Part shown: positions 29,320 through 39,865 of the stretch, piece by piece
Position numbering within the stretch: position 1 is the first letter of the stretch
How the letters are laid out: every line of letters starts with the position of its first letter
DNA from: a virus
Taxonomy: Duplodnaviria; Caudoviricetes
Strand: one strand, 5' to 3'
Length of the DNA: 60,947 nt
IMG/VR virus record: IMGVR_UViG_3300030419_008000
Span: 1 to 60,947 of that record
Notes under the pieces: generated by a model
The model's database searches: none
What the model saw: only the letters and a program-made list of their open reading frames with translations
Told to the model about the DNA's origin: nothing
Program-made: the position numbers and the translations under genes

Positions 29320-32300
29320 CTAATCACATTCGTTTCCATCTTTGTCGTAAGGACTATCAATAAGTGAACGTCTTTGTCTCCAGGTAAGAATCTCATCAAA
29401 GTTTCCAAGCCAAAACCGGTTACGAAGCATTTGTGCAAAACTTGGAAATTGAAGACCGGGCAAATCGTAATTAAAGTCTCTATGATTGTATGTCGAAAGA
29501 AACAAATTTCTTATTTTTCTTTTTGTTTTGGCGAATGTTTTTTCAAGAGGGTGTTTTTGCGGACTAAATAATCCGGGAGCTATCGGAGTGTTGTCCCAAG
29601 CTGGACCCATTCGAGAACCTAAAATTTCTCTACGCTCCTTGCGGTTCTCTGAGCCGCCCATGCGTTGGTGCCCATAAAGCTGCCACTCGTAATCCAACTC
29701 TGATAGGTCGTACTCTTCTTCGTTATCAACATCCTCACGAATGTTTCCTACTGATTCTCCAATTGCTGGTAAAAATGCTCTAGAAGTGTAGATTCCATAT
29801 AGACCGACTAAACCATCAAGAGGGATACAATAATCGAAAAGCAATTGCACTTCCGGACTATTGGCCAATTTAGAGCCCAAACATGCTAGTACCTCCGGAC
29901 TTACATCATTGTCGTTAGATTCAAATTCATCAATTATCTCTTGAAAAGTTTCATCTAAGAAATCAATTTCTACTGATGCTATAGGAATTATATATTTAGT
30001 GTTTGACGTGTCTGGTGGCGGGCTTCCATCTAGCACGGCAGCTGCAGCCACCGTAGTGCTTTCTGATAATTTAAACGCTTTTTGCATTCTAGCATTTTGC
30101 ATAAAAGTTTCACTTTCTAATTCACTACCGGCGGCGCTTTCCAAGGCACTGGCGAATTCGTTCGATGCAATGTATGACAACCTTAAACCATATCTTACTC
30201 CAATTGATCCATTAATACCAATTGGTTCAGCTTCATCCCCCTCAACGACCATGGTGTCTAAATTGTGAACATGATTTTCTTTCGCGGCAGGAGAATAAGC
30301 AGATTGTACATTATAGTCTTCTATAACATGTACATGTGATAGCCATGGCTTGTTTGGGGGGTATGCGGCATATGCAATGCCATTGCCATTTTCATCAATT
30401 AAGTATTCATGAACATGCATTGCATTTTCACTAGTTTCGCCTTCGGTAGCATATATCGTTCCTTCTGGATAGGTGAATGATAAATCTCCAAAATAATCTG
30501 CCAGATTTGCGCTTTTCATATCGTCATCCAGGCGCCCCAACCATTCAACAAAATTTTCGACATTGACAACGCCACGCAATTCATAATCGTCATCTGTTAT
30601 TTTAGGACCACCTTCTTGCCAGCGATCGCCTTTGATGGTAGCAGTATTACCATCCATGTAAATGTATTTTTCTACAATAAATTGACCTTTAGTTAAATCG
30701 TATAAGCCAGAATTTATTTGTCCGGTAATTACACTTGAATGATTGTCTAATGGATTTTCATCTATTGTTTTTGCAACATTTGAAACGTTTCCAAGGTCTT
30801 GCAGCCCTGTAACAGAATCGTACTCACCTGCAATATATTTAGTACCTTCAGATGTGTCTTTGTATGTTTCAATGTCAATTTTGAATTCTGGGCCCATACA
30901 CATTCCACTGGTTCCAATAAAGTGTTTTTGCATGCTTGTAATTTTTGGATCTAAGCCTAGGTGCCTCATTGATCCTCGTAATTTATCTATTAAATACTCG
31001 ACCTGCTCAAGCACTAACCCTTTTAGTAAAATTTTGGCGGTATCTGCAGTTGCTGCGACGGCCTCTATATTTTTTAATAGCCTGTATTTCTTCAATGTTG
31101 TAATTGCTGTAATCTGCTCTCCAACGACTATCTCTAAATTGCTTCGTGCAAGTTGGAGATCTGTGTCTTGTGGATATATATAGCCAACTTGTACTTCCTC
31201 TAAAGCCGAAAACGCATCGGCTTCTTGCGAATTTGGTTCATATTCTCCAAGCTTCCATCGAGAGCTTTGTACCTGCACACATTGTTCTAAAAATGCATAC
31301 CAATATCTAGTTCTTCTTAATTTGCCAAATATTGAGCCCTCAGACAACATCTCTGTTTCCATTTCATTAATTATATACATTACAAAAGCGTCATCAACAA
31401 CTGCGTATTTAGAAAATACAGGCATCGCTTTAACTACATGCTCTGCAGCATAAACTCTTATTGCGGCTAATATGATACCCTCTAAATTAGCTGCTTGAGC
31501 TTTTTCTAAAATCCTACCATAAGGCACCTCATTGACACAATTTGGATTATAGTAAAGTCTTTCATCCTCTGTTAGCTTTGTAGTTAATTCATCAATTCTA
31601 TCTTTTATGTTTTCAAAATCAATCAAATCAGCGCGGCGAGGTTCGCACCCATCGTATCCAGGCACTAAGGCCTCTGATAGTCCAAGCCAACCATATCGGT
31701 TTGGAGGGGTAATATAAAGTGGTGGATTTGAATATCTGCCACCGTATTTAGCTGGATCAAGAAAATGTACCCGATTACCCGTTCCAGCAGTTACGCTGTG
31801 GGCACTCACGCCTAAAATTCCCAACTCTTCAGCTAAATCGTATGGAACTAGGTTTGATGAGTCAGATGTAGGATCCAAATATTGTGTGTCATCTGATGTT
31901 AATTCTTCGTCCTCGTACCCATATACAAACACATTAGATTCAGGATCGGCAATTACGTTTCTTAAGTCAATAACCATTTTATTATAAATGCTGTTATAGG
32001 TGTTGGTTATAATCTCACTTATCATGGAGAGGTCGCCGGCAGCTGAAGGAAGGCCTGCATTTGATAACACACTAACGAAGTGCTTCGCGAATATCAATGA
32101 CGTAGGGGAATATTCGCCAAAGGTTATGCCATCCGCGTATTCAGCTGCTAAAGTGGCCGCATCTCTATCGATATTGGCATATCCGACAAAGTTATGTTGC
32201 AAGCCGGGCATTATGCTTGATTCGGTCATCGCGTCATATTCTATGGGTGCGTACTTTTGAGCTAGGGTGTATATTGATTCATTTTCTAAACCAAGGGCCA

Positions 32301-35300
32301 TAGCATATGCGGGACTCAAATCATTAATTTTAATTCTATATGATCTATAATCAGTGAAGTCTGTTGGTATTTCACCACTTTGCAAAGTGAAGTTTGAATA
32401 CTCAAGCCTGAATCCATAAACCCATTCAGAATCATTTTTGTCTCCAAATATACTACTTTTGGCCGGGGCGTCTGGATCATCCGGATCTATGGCTCCGGCG
32501 GAAAACTTTGTTTGTCCCCTGTTGTTGTCATTAAAGTACATTACAAGATCTGGTTTTTTTCTTTTTGGTATTGTTATAGATGTAATTGGCTCATTGGTGA
32601 TCGGGTCTGTAGGGGCAAATTCAGAGTAATCCACACCATCAACATTGGTAAGAGTCATTGTCATGGCGTCAATAACTTCAATTGTATCTTTAAATGGCGC
32701 GTCGGAGGCCACCGTTCCATCCATTCTAGCTTCATTGCCAAACATATTGAGGCCTGATCTATCTGGAACCTCTCCATTCATATAGTCTCTAAGCCAACGA
32801 GCGACCGTGGCCGGCAACATTCCGGTGTCAGGCTTTCGACCACCAAACAATTCTTCAAGAAGCCCATCTGCTTTTTGACCAACGAAATCAGAATAATTTG
32901 GAAAAAATAAACCTGATCGTACTCTCATGTTATGTCGTGTATAACTTAAACCGTTTGTGTCGGACAAAATCAAATTTAATAAACCCCATCTTCCAATTAA
33001 GTCGTTTGTTATTGAATTCTGTAGCATCTTAAGCATCATATTAGAGACTTCGCCAGCCATTTCTAAAGCTTCGTCTGTATCTGCAGGCAGCAAAGCATTA
33101 ATATCGCAGGGCCCTTCAGATACCAAATTTGGCATGTCTTCCATTGGGCCATTTTGCAAAATATTTGTTAATTGTTCTAAATCGTCAAGCGCTTTGTCTT
33201 TCAGTTGATCATATTGCTGGTCGCATTGTTCTTCAGTAATTCCATCGCCCTTGCCTTGCAACAAAGCGCATCTCATGTCTTTGAACGTCTGTAGAGTTTC
33301 CTCGCATGCACACAAAGAAATCATAGCCGGTTTTGTTGCAGATTCTCTATCTTTGTCTGATTCATAATCAAGGGTATCTAAAACCTCTTTTGGCAAAAAA
33401 TCTCCAAAATTACTAAACAATCGACAAATTGCATCTTTATTTGGCAAAGCATCACGGAAAGAAGTATTTTCTGTGTTTAACAGTTCATCGATCATTGACA
33501 AAACGTAGTCAGCACAATCTCCATTCATTAAATCGTACAACTCTCCTCGGGTCAAGATTGATTCAACATTACCTATAAAAGATTGAACTGCATCAGTGCC
33601 TGACATTTCTTCCGCATCTTCCGCGGAAACTGCGCCAATATTTCCAAACATTTTCTCTAGCGTACTCAAAGCCTCTTCATCAGACGCGTCTGGGCCGCAA
33701 AACGAATCTCTAACCGCATCAAGTAAAAATCCAGAGGGACTGTCAAACGCTGCATTGGGAAAATCAGTAGTCGCAGCCTCACCAATAGCACCCAGAGTGT
33801 CACATAGCATGCTGGTCCACGATTGCATCAATTTTAATAACAGATCTGTCAACATCTTAAGAGCCATGGCTCTGGCTGCCTCTTTTGCCGCCTCCATCAA
33901 CAGAGCCATCACATCCTTTCTATTTACTCCCTGTCTTTTAGGAAACTTTGGAATATGCAACCCGTCTGTTTCGTTACAAAAGGAAAGATCAATATCTTTA
34001 TACCAATCTAAAAATCGGTCTTCTTTTTCCCCAGGAGGTTCAGGACAATCAAATGTAGCAATTACTCTTGCAATTATTTCTGCGCCGGGAAAACCGTTTA
34101 AATGTTCCACCAAAACCATTAAACGATCGGCGGCATCACCAGATATTAAATCATCAACGTCATCAGCATACGCACGAAATATTGCTTCAAAGTACGCATC
34201 TTTTAATTCTTTATAAGTTTCTGTTCTGCGCTCATCGCGGGCGGAAGGGGGAGAAAGGGTGGATTTTGTTACTTGATCAGTCTGTCTTTGAGACACTTCT
34301 TGGGTAGTGTTTGAGATTTCATCAACATTAAATTGCCATGGGTGCTCAGATTTGCCCCAGATCTCTTGCATCTTATTATCAACGCGAGCTTGCTCTTCCG
34401 GTGGCAGGCCAACATATAAATTCTGTAGGTTGTCCGAAGTCATTGCAGATAGTGCGGATTTAATCATTGTCTTGAGAGCAGATGTAAGATCAACACCAGC
34501 TAACAAACATTTAATTGCATCTAGCATCAACGAGGTTAGGCCGCATTTTCTCAATCGGTCAAAGATTTCTGACCATGCTTCTTTAATTCTGTCTTTGGCC
34601 ATCGACGCGTTAACGCCCGAACCCGCCAACATTGCAGCAGAAAAAGCCCCTTTTCCTAGATTTTTTATTTTTTCAGGCAAATCTTGAAACAAGGGGTCGC
34701 CTTTGCAGTATTCTTCAAGAGCTGCAATTTTAGCCATTTCTGCTAAAGTCTTATCATCGTCCTCTTCTTCCTTTCTTTTATCTCTTTCTTTTTGAGGGTA
34801 GCAAAGTTTTTTATTAAATTTATATGCTATAGCGTCTGGTAAGCTGTATGCTTGCTCTAAAAATGAAGTTGCAAAGCTTCCCAACTGTAAATTGTCAACG
34901 TAACATCCAAGCAAGGACTGCGAATCTGAACCCTCTTGATCGGGACTACCGAGCCCATAATTGACATACACTTGTGGATAGAAATATTTCTTACTAAATT
35001 CAAGCCATGGAGGCGGCTCTCTTGCGGTTATATCATTAATAATGGAATCTAAATTGACAACAAAATGAAGAGTGGTCGGACTATTAAACGGCACCGTTTC
35101 TTTAAGAGTTTCTAAAGAATTGCCACTAAAAACTTCCGGCTCACAACCGGGTTGTGACAATTCTACAGACTCCAATTGCATTTCATCGTTTAAATTTATT
35201 GTTATTGTTTGAATTACTTTTTTTCCAGACCAGCTGGGTGCAAATTCAACATAATGTTTTCTTTGTATAAAACTTCTTATGCCGCTCAAAAACAACTCAA

Positions 35301-35985
35301 TATTGCTAGACTCCAGTTGATAATTGATCGGACTGCCGTCTTCATGCACAACCATTCCACGTTCTGTTTGCCAATAAATTGCAGAAAATGTATGATACCT
35401 TTTAAAAATAAGTTTTGTTTTTCTAATTTGCTCTTTTAATTTATTGAATTGTAACGTTATAGATGTTGAAGGTTCTACTTCAGTCTCGTCTTCATCGGAT
35501 GCATCTTCTAAATTGTCAAAATTAACAGCAGGAGCAGCAATTAGCACCCTCATTTTCATATATGGTCGAGGCAAAGTTCGATCTGGGCCGCCGAGATGGT
35601 ACTCAACAGCGCCTACAACAGTTGAAAAAGCCTCTACAATTTCATCAGTTTCAAGCTTTCCATAATGACGCAACATTCTTCTGATACCAGGATTGATATA
35701 TTCATCCATCCTGTCTTGCAAATCATCACCACCGGTGCCTTCATACTCGGTAATCATCATTACTTGGTACTCGCACGTGCGTCGATTTAAAAATGGCTCA
35801 TTTTCATTAATCCAATCTGGTACCAACGCATCTGGATTTGGGATGCATGAAGGACAAGGCTCTAAAGTTGATTCTTCAAACGCCAATTCATCAGCGCAAT
35901 CTATGTGCTGGCCAGGACGAGCCGGATCTTCTTGAAAGTCTATAAACTTAAATTCGTCTTCTTCTGTTGTCTCTTCGTCTGCCAT
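29320..35985 (-). CDS. giant acidic hypothetical protein (2221 aa), probably virion/baseplate-hub associated; contains three HVH motifs
   Basis: ORF track; lies between spike-like and gp25-like genes; predicted helical, Cys-containing middle; AAGGA SD. Confidence 0.65.
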   Translation of the reverse strand: MADEETTEEDEFKFIDFQEDPARPGQHIDCADELAFEESTLEPCPSCIPNPDALVPDWINENEPFLNRRTCEYQVMMITEYEGTGGDDLQDRMDEYINPGIRRMLRHYGKLETDEIVEAFSTVVGAVEYHLGGPDRTLPRPYMKMRVLIAAPAVNFDNLEDASDEDETEVEPSTSITLQFNKLKEQIRKTKLIFKRYHTFSAIYWQTERGMVVHEDGSPINYQLESSNIELFLSGIRSFIQRKHYVEFAPSWSGKKVIQTITINLNDEMQLESVELSQPGCEPEVFSGNSLETLKETVPFNSPTTLHFVVNLDSIINDITAREPPPWLEFSKKYFYPQVYVNYGLGSPDQEGSDSQSLLGCYVDNLQLGSFATSFLEQAYSLPDAIAYKFNKKLCYPQKERDKRKEEEDDDKTLAEMAKIAALEEYCKGDPLFQDLPEKIKNLGKGAFSAAMLAGSGVNASMAKDRIKEAWSEIFDRLRKCGLTSLMLDAIKCLLAGVDLTSALKTMIKSALSAMTSDNLQNLYVGLPPEEQARVDNKMQEIWGKSEHPWQFNVDEISNTTQEVSQRQTDQVTKSTLSPPSARDERRTETYKELKDAYFEAIFRAYADDVDDLISGDAADRLMVLVEHLNGFPGAEIIARVIATFDCPEPPGEKEDRFLDWYKDIDLSFCNETDGLHIPKFPKRQGVNRKDVMALLMEAAKEAARAMALKMLTDLLLKLMQSWTSMLCDTLGAIGEAATTDFPNAAFDSPSGFLLDAVRDSFCGPDASDEEALSTLEKMFGNIGAVSAEDAEEMSGTDAVQSFIGNVESILTRGELYDLMNGDCADYVLSMIDELLNTENTSFRDALPNKDAICRLFSNFGDFLPKEVLDTLDYESDKDRESATKPAMISLCACEETLQTFKDMRCALLQGKGDGITEEQCDQQYDQLKDKALDDLEQLTNILQNGPMEDMPNLVSEGPCDINALLPADTDEALEMAGEVSNMMLKMLQNSITNDLIGRWGLLNLILSDTNGLSYTRHNMRVRSGLFFPNYSDFVGQKADGLLEELFGGRKPDTGMLPATVARWLRDYMNGEVPDRSGLNMFGNEARMDGTVASDAPFKDTIEVIDAMTMTLTNVDGVDYSEFAPTDPITNEPITSITIPKRKKPDLVMYFNDNNRGQTKFSAGAIDPDDPDAPAKSSIFGDKNDSEWVYGFRLEYSNFTLQSGEIPTDFTDYRSYRIKINDLSPAYAMALGLENESIYTLAQKYAPIEYDAMTESSIMPGLQHNFVGYANIDRDAATLAAEYADGITFGEYSPTSLIFAKHFVSVLSNAGLPSAAGDLSMISEIITNTYNSIYNKMVIDLRNVIADPESNVFVYGYEDEELTSDDTQYLDPTSDSSNLVPYDLAEELGILGVSAHSVTAGTGNRVHFLDPAKYGGRYSNPPLYITPPNRYGWLGLSEALVPGYDGCEPRRADLIDFENIKDRIDELTTKLTEDERLYYNPNCVNEVPYGRILEKAQAANLEGIILAAIRVYAAEHVVKAMPVFSKYAVVDDAFVMYIINEMETEMLSEGSIFGKLRRTRYWYAFLEQCVQVQSSRWKLGEYEPNSQEADAFSALEEVQVGYIYPQDTDLQLARSNLEIVVGEQITAITTLKKYRLLKNIEAVAATADTAKILLKGLVLEQVEYLIDKLRGSMRHLGLDPKITSMQKHFIGTSGMCMGPEFKIDIETYKDTSEGTKYIAGEYDSVTGLQDLGNVSNVAKTIDENPLDNHSSVITGQINSGLYDLTKGQFIVEKYIYMDGNTATIKGDRWQEGGPKITDDDYELRGVVNVENFVEWLGRLDDDMKSANLADYFGDLSFTYPEGTIYATEGETSENAMHVHEYLIDENGNGIAYAAYPPNKPWLSHVHVIEDYNVQSAYSPAAKENHVHNLDTMVVEGDEAEPIGINGSIGVRYGLRLSYIASNEFASALESAAGSELESETFMQNARMQKAFKLSESTTVAAAAVLDGSPPPDTSNTKYIIPIASVEIDFLDETFQEIIDEFESNDNDVSPEVLACLGSKLANSPEVQLLFDYCIPLDGLVGLYGIYTSRAFLPAIGESVGNIREDVDNEEEYDLSELDYEWQLYGHQRMGGSENRKERREILGSRMGPAWDNTPIAPGLFSPQKHPLEKTFAKTKRKIRNLFLSTYNHRDFNYDLPGLQFPSFAQMLRNRFWLGNFDEILTWRQRRSLIDSPYDKDGNECD

Positions 35986-35997
35986 TTTAAATTCCTT

Positions 35998-37155
35998 TTA
36001 AACTGAAACTTTTACGCCTCTGCTGCAAATCCATTTTGCGCCGAAAGGTTCAGTATAGTTCATCTCTACAGCCATCGAGTTATATCTTACGTCAACCAAG
36101 CCAATTACAACTTTGTCAAGGAGTCCTAACGATTCTTTAAAAGTAACTGCTCCAAGACCGGGTGATGGCGAACTGGGGCCACCAATTAAAGGAGGGCAAA
36201 TATGAACATGTGTTGCCAAAGCTCTATTGATTTTAATTTGACATTTTGCAAAATGTAACATTACAGACTGTAAATTGTTGATTAATTGTATAATATCATC
36301 TAAGGCATCTGCAAGATTGTGCCCAACAGGAATGGGCTGCAGTGTCTGCATCGTAGAAGGTCGACCATCAGGGCCCGCTGAGCCCGGCCCAGACTCGTGT
36401 CCGTCTATAGAGTGAGATTTAGTTTCGGAATTCCAAGTCGATGTTCCATTGGATGAGGCACTGCCTGGATTAGATTCCGCAATGATATTTGGCACCATCA
36501 TTTTTAACCTATTACTTGGTTCTGTGTTATTGCCGGCAATAAGCTCAATGGGAGGGGCAGGTTGGATTACTTTGCCACCAGATGAACTTTTTTCTCCTCC
36601 GGGGCCAACGCCTTTAACTCCTTGCATCTTTCCGGTTATTATTTTAATTCCTTCACGACCAATAAGACGAACATGATCAGCCTTTATTCCAATTCCTGAT
36701 CGGTTTTTTGCGCTACCAATACCACCAGGAGCAAGACCAAAGTTCGCATCGATATCAGTTTTTTGACTTATATAAATTCTCGCAGCATCAGAAGCAATGT
36801 TCGGCCTTTTCCATATGTTTGCCTTTGGGCCATCTTTGTCAGAAGCGCCTCGGCCGACAACCAAATCAATTGCGCCGGCACCGGTGCGTCCGCGGCCGGC
36901 TCCACTAAACATTCCGCCGCGGCCAAAATCAGTCGTGAGGACAATTTCATTATTATTAGAGCCCTTTGTAACAATATCGCTGTCTTTTAAGTCGCTTTTT
37001 GGTACTGGTTCGGCCATTTTTTTGCGGCCGACACCCCTTCCAAGCTGCTTAAGAAGTCGATATTTATTAGTCTGGTTAGCATTTTTCGTGGTGCTTTCTT
37101 GGTTTTCTAACTCTACTTGTTTTTTCTTTTTTTCTGACGGGGGGCAGAAACTCAT
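35998..37155 (-). CDS. baseplate central spike-like protein (gp5/gpV C-terminal type)
   Basis: DAARIYISQKTDID...GIKADHVRLIGREGIKIIT beta-repeat pattern and C-terminal THVH followed by a Pro/Gly/Ser-rich tip. Confidence 0.6.
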   Translation of the reverse strand: MSFCPPSEKKKKQVELENQESTTKNANQTNKYRLLKQLGRGVGRKKMAEPVPKSDLKDSDIVTKGSNNNEIVLTTDFGRGGMFSGAGRGRTGAGAIDLVVGRGASDKDGPKANIWKRPNIASDAARIYISQKTDIDANFGLAPGGIGSAKNRSGIGIKADHVRLIGREGIKIITGKMQGVKGVGPGGEKSSSGGKVIQPAPPIELIAGNNTEPSNRLKMMVPNIIAESNPGSASSNGTSTWNSETKSHSIDGHESGPGSAGPDGRPSTMQTLQPIPVGHNLADALDDIIQLINNLQSVMLHFAKCQIKINRALATHVHICPPLIGGPSSPSPGLGAVTFKESLGLLDKVVIGLVDVRYNSMAVEMNYTEPFGAKWICSRGVKVSV

Positions 37156-37190
37156 TACCTTTTACCTCATTGGTTCAGTTGATCCCTTTG

Positions 37191-38543
37191 TTAGCCGCTG
37201 ACCTTTCCAGCGGCTTGACCTAGTTTTGTATTTTCGCCTGCTGCCGCGGCCTGAACGCGGGCGCTGGCTTCGGTAGTGTCGGGTGGGGTTCTAATTGGGC
37301 TCAGATGGTGGGCCAATCCAGGTCGGGCAGTTTTTGGTTGTAATCTATCAATAAACAGCTCCGGATTAAGATTGCCCTTTGAATCGGTCGCCTGGGGGTG
37401 TCCCTTTGCCTGGAGCATAAAATGCAAATGCGCACCGGTGGATCCGCCGGTATTGTTTTCAATCGCTACAGGCTCTCCTTCTTTAACCGTTCGACCTACT
37501 GGCGACATTGCTGCAGATTGTGGGTGTAAGTGACAATAATATGATATCCATTTTCTCAAATTGCCAAACTGGTCTGGTTGCTCACCGTGATCAATGCCCA
37601 CTGTGTACCCGCCGCCGCCGCGGTTTTCGGAGAGGAAAACATTGCCATCGGCGACTGCATACATAATTGCATTTGGTGTCGCTCCCCAGGCATAATCAAC
37701 ACCATTGTGCATTACTTTAGCACGGGTCTTGCCCTTGGCTGATCCTGTCTGCTTTATACACGGGGGACCTTTAGGGGGCACCTTAATTGGGTGGCAACGC
37801 ATTCCAAAAGGCGAAGTTGTTCGAACTGCTTGCAAACCCCATGGATGCATAATAGTAAATCCCTGTAGGCCTTCGTAGGTTTTTCCTAAAGTGCCCTTAC
37901 TTTTATCGCCTGCTACAAATTGTTGCTGAGCCTGTTGTAACATTGGGCCGCCCATAGCTGCCATGCCAAAGCCCGCCATCATGGGAAACCCCATACCAGG
38001 AGAGGCAGCTCCAGCAACATACCCCATATAAGTACACTCGCGAACGTCAGGAAAATTGTCTAAATCAACTATAACAATATCTCCAACTTCAGGCTGAGGT
38101 AAGGGTATGCCAGCCGACATAACATCAGCTTTAGTGGTAGCCCTAGGCTGCAACCTTAACAATGCAGCTTGTACAGGATCATCGATTGTTGCTGTCTTTA
38201 ATGGCTTGACGATGCCGGCATCTTCAGGAGGACCTGCACCCTCCTCTAAAAGCCGCACTCTAAAATGAGTATATGTTGGCTCTACCGTGCTGGTGTAACC
38301 AGAAAAGTCAGCGCGCCACCAGCACTGTTGACCAGTAGCCTCTTCACAAGGTGACAAAACCACAGCTTTTCTAAGATTTGTTGGTGTTCTGCCTAGCTTA
38401 GCATTCAGTACTTCGCTTAAAACTTCAGAATATGCAGAAAAAAATTGATCCGGATCAAGCTTGTCGGATCTTTCTAAGATATCTGCAATTCTTGGGTTTA
38501 CAATTCCATGTGAATAGGTAGCAGATGGTAACGAGCCGCCCAT
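37191..38543 (-). CDS. M23 family peptidoglycan endopeptidase with a putative gp5-type OB-fold N-terminus
   Basis: TSPFGMR.HP, HNGVDYA (HxxxD), YYCHL and TGGSTGAHLHF (HxH). N-terminal PQPEVGDIVIV. Confidence 0.85.
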   Translation of the reverse strand: MGGSLPSATYSHGIVNPRIADILERSDKLDPDQFFSAYSEVLSEVLNAKLGRTPTNLRKAVVLSPCEEATGQQCWWRADFSGYTSTVEPTYTHFRVRLLEEGAGPPEDAGIVKPLKTATIDDPVQAALLRLQPRATTKADVMSAGIPLPQPEVGDIVIVDLDNFPDVRECTYMGYVAGAASPGMGFPMMAGFGMAAMGGPMLQQAQQQFVAGDKSKGTLGKTYEGLQGFTIMHPWGLQAVRTTSPFGMRCHPIKVPPKGPPCIKQTGSAKGKTRAKVMHNGVDYAWGATPNAIMYAVADGNVFLSENRGGGGYTVGIDHGEQPDQFGNLRKWISYYCHLHPQSAAMSPVGRTVKEGEPVAIENNTGGSTGAHLHFMLQAKGHPQATDSKGNLNPELFIDRLQPKTARPGLAHHLSPIRTPPDTTEASARVQAAAAGENTKLGQAAGKVSG

Positions 38544-38845
38544 TAGTTGCTGTCTCCTGTCGATGTTGAATTTATAATATCAAATATTTCAGATTTATCG
38601 TCCTCTGAAAGAGATACAGATTTTGTTGACTCTTTTTGACGAATGCTGATCAGCTTAACAAGCTGCTCGTTCGAACGTTGCAACGTTTCAATATGTTTTG
38701 CTGCTACGGGACCCAAATATCTACTATCATCTGGTTTATTGGCAATTAGATTTGCCGTATCGTTGAGCAACTCTTTCGCAATCTCTCTATCGTCTCTTAT
38801 ATTTTCTAAAGCTTCCTCAATTAAAGTCTCAAGATCTTTTTTCAT
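38543..38845 (-). CDS. hypothetical coiled-coil protein (100 aa)
   Basis: ORF track; translationally coupled to the sigma gene and the M23 gene. Confidence 0.7.
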   Translation of the reverse strand: MKKDLETLIEEALENIRDDREIAKELLNDTANLIANKPDDSRYLGPVAAKHIETLQRSNEQLVKLISIRQKESTKSVSLSEDDKSEIFDIINSTSTGDSN

Positions 38846-39564
38846 AAATTTCCCTCATTCCAATCCGACTTAAAAGCAAAATATTTGCGTCTTAATTTAT
38901 TAAGATTATTAACAACCTGCTTGGTATTCAGGCCAGTAATTTCTCTAATGTACAAATAAATAGCTTTTTTATTAAAAATTTCTATTTGATTTGGATCAGA
39001 AAGAAGGATCTTTACCGCTTCTAAAACTTTTCTCTCGTTCTCTTTCATATTGTCAGTGGACCATGTGTCTATTTCACTCCATAAATGTTTCCAAAATTCT
39101 ATATTTTCTCTTTTTTCATGATAATCGTTATAAACAACAAGAAATTTATTTTCCGCCTCTTTGGATATATCAGATATATCAATTTCACGTTTTAATTGCT
39201 TTTGTGTTTTTTTAACTTTATGAATAAACCAATTCTTTGTTATAACCGAAAAATATGAAAAGGCTTTTGAACCTTTAGCTGGATCATATTTTTCAAGTAC
39301 GGTTGTTAGCCAAATTTTACATTCATCTCTCAATTCGTCGCAATTGGGAAGATTTGTAAACTTATATGTGAATACAATTTTATCAACCATTTCATCAAAG
39401 GCTGGTTGTATCCAATTTACATATAATTCCGTTCTTTCAACATTGTCAGTTATTTGATTATATCGTATTATTGCATTTTCGTGCTCTTTTGTAAAATAAT
39501 GTCTAGTCGTTCTCTTACGGCGTCGGCGTCGACGCACTGGCTTCTTCTGTTCCATCAATTTCAT
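38842..39564 (-). CDS. phage RNA polymerase sigma factor (late-sigma/gp55-like); start may be the ATG at 39555
   Basis: Region-2-like ...LEKYDPAKGSKAFSYFSVITKNWFI and a C-terminal HTH-like IREITGLNTKQVVNNLNKLR. Confidence 0.75.
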   Translation of the reverse strand: MKLMEQKKPVRRRRRRKRTTRHYFTKEHENAIIRYNQITDNVERTELYVNWIQPAFDEMVDKIVFTYKFTNLPNCDELRDECKIWLTTVLEKYDPAKGSKAFSYFSVITKNWFIHKVKKTQKQLKREIDISDISKEAENKFLVVYNDYHEKRENIEFWKHLWSEIDTWSTDNMKENERKVLEAVKILLSDPNQIEIFNKKAIYLYIREITGLNTKQVVNNLNKLRRKYFAFKSDWNEGNL

Positions 39565-39865
39565 CCTCTATTAATTCTTCTTCAGCAGCAGTTAGAGAAA
39601 AAACATCACTAAACATTGTTAGTTGTTCTGAATAATCCACAGCATGTTCCAGCAGGTGTTGCAAAGTATCGTCACCATAATAGGTTTCAAGCTCGTATAC
39701 GCCAGATAAATGGTCAATAAAATTTAAAGTCATTTCATTTAAATCTCCTAGATTTTCAGAAATGAAAAACAATTGAGCCAACAGGCTGCGCAAATACAAA
39801 ACTAATACCACATTAATGGCTACCGACAATGCTAATAATACAGATAATATAATAATAGTGTTCAT
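39515..39865 (-). CDS. membrane-anchored hypothetical protein (116 aa)
   Basis: N-terminal hydrophobic helix IIILSVLLALSVAINVVLVLYL followed by an acidic helical domain. Confidence 0.7.
   Translation of the reverse strand: MNTIIILSVLLALSVAINVVLVLYLRSLLAQLFFISENLGDLNEMTLNFIDHLSGVYELETYYGDDTLQHLLEHAVDYSEQLTMFSDVFSLTAAEEELIEDEIDGTEEASASTPTP

Noticed and set aside
39515-39865. Holin/spanin assignment for the 116-aa membrane protein
   Set aside because: Only one TM helix, and no lipoprotein partner or adjacent endolysin, so support is insufficient.
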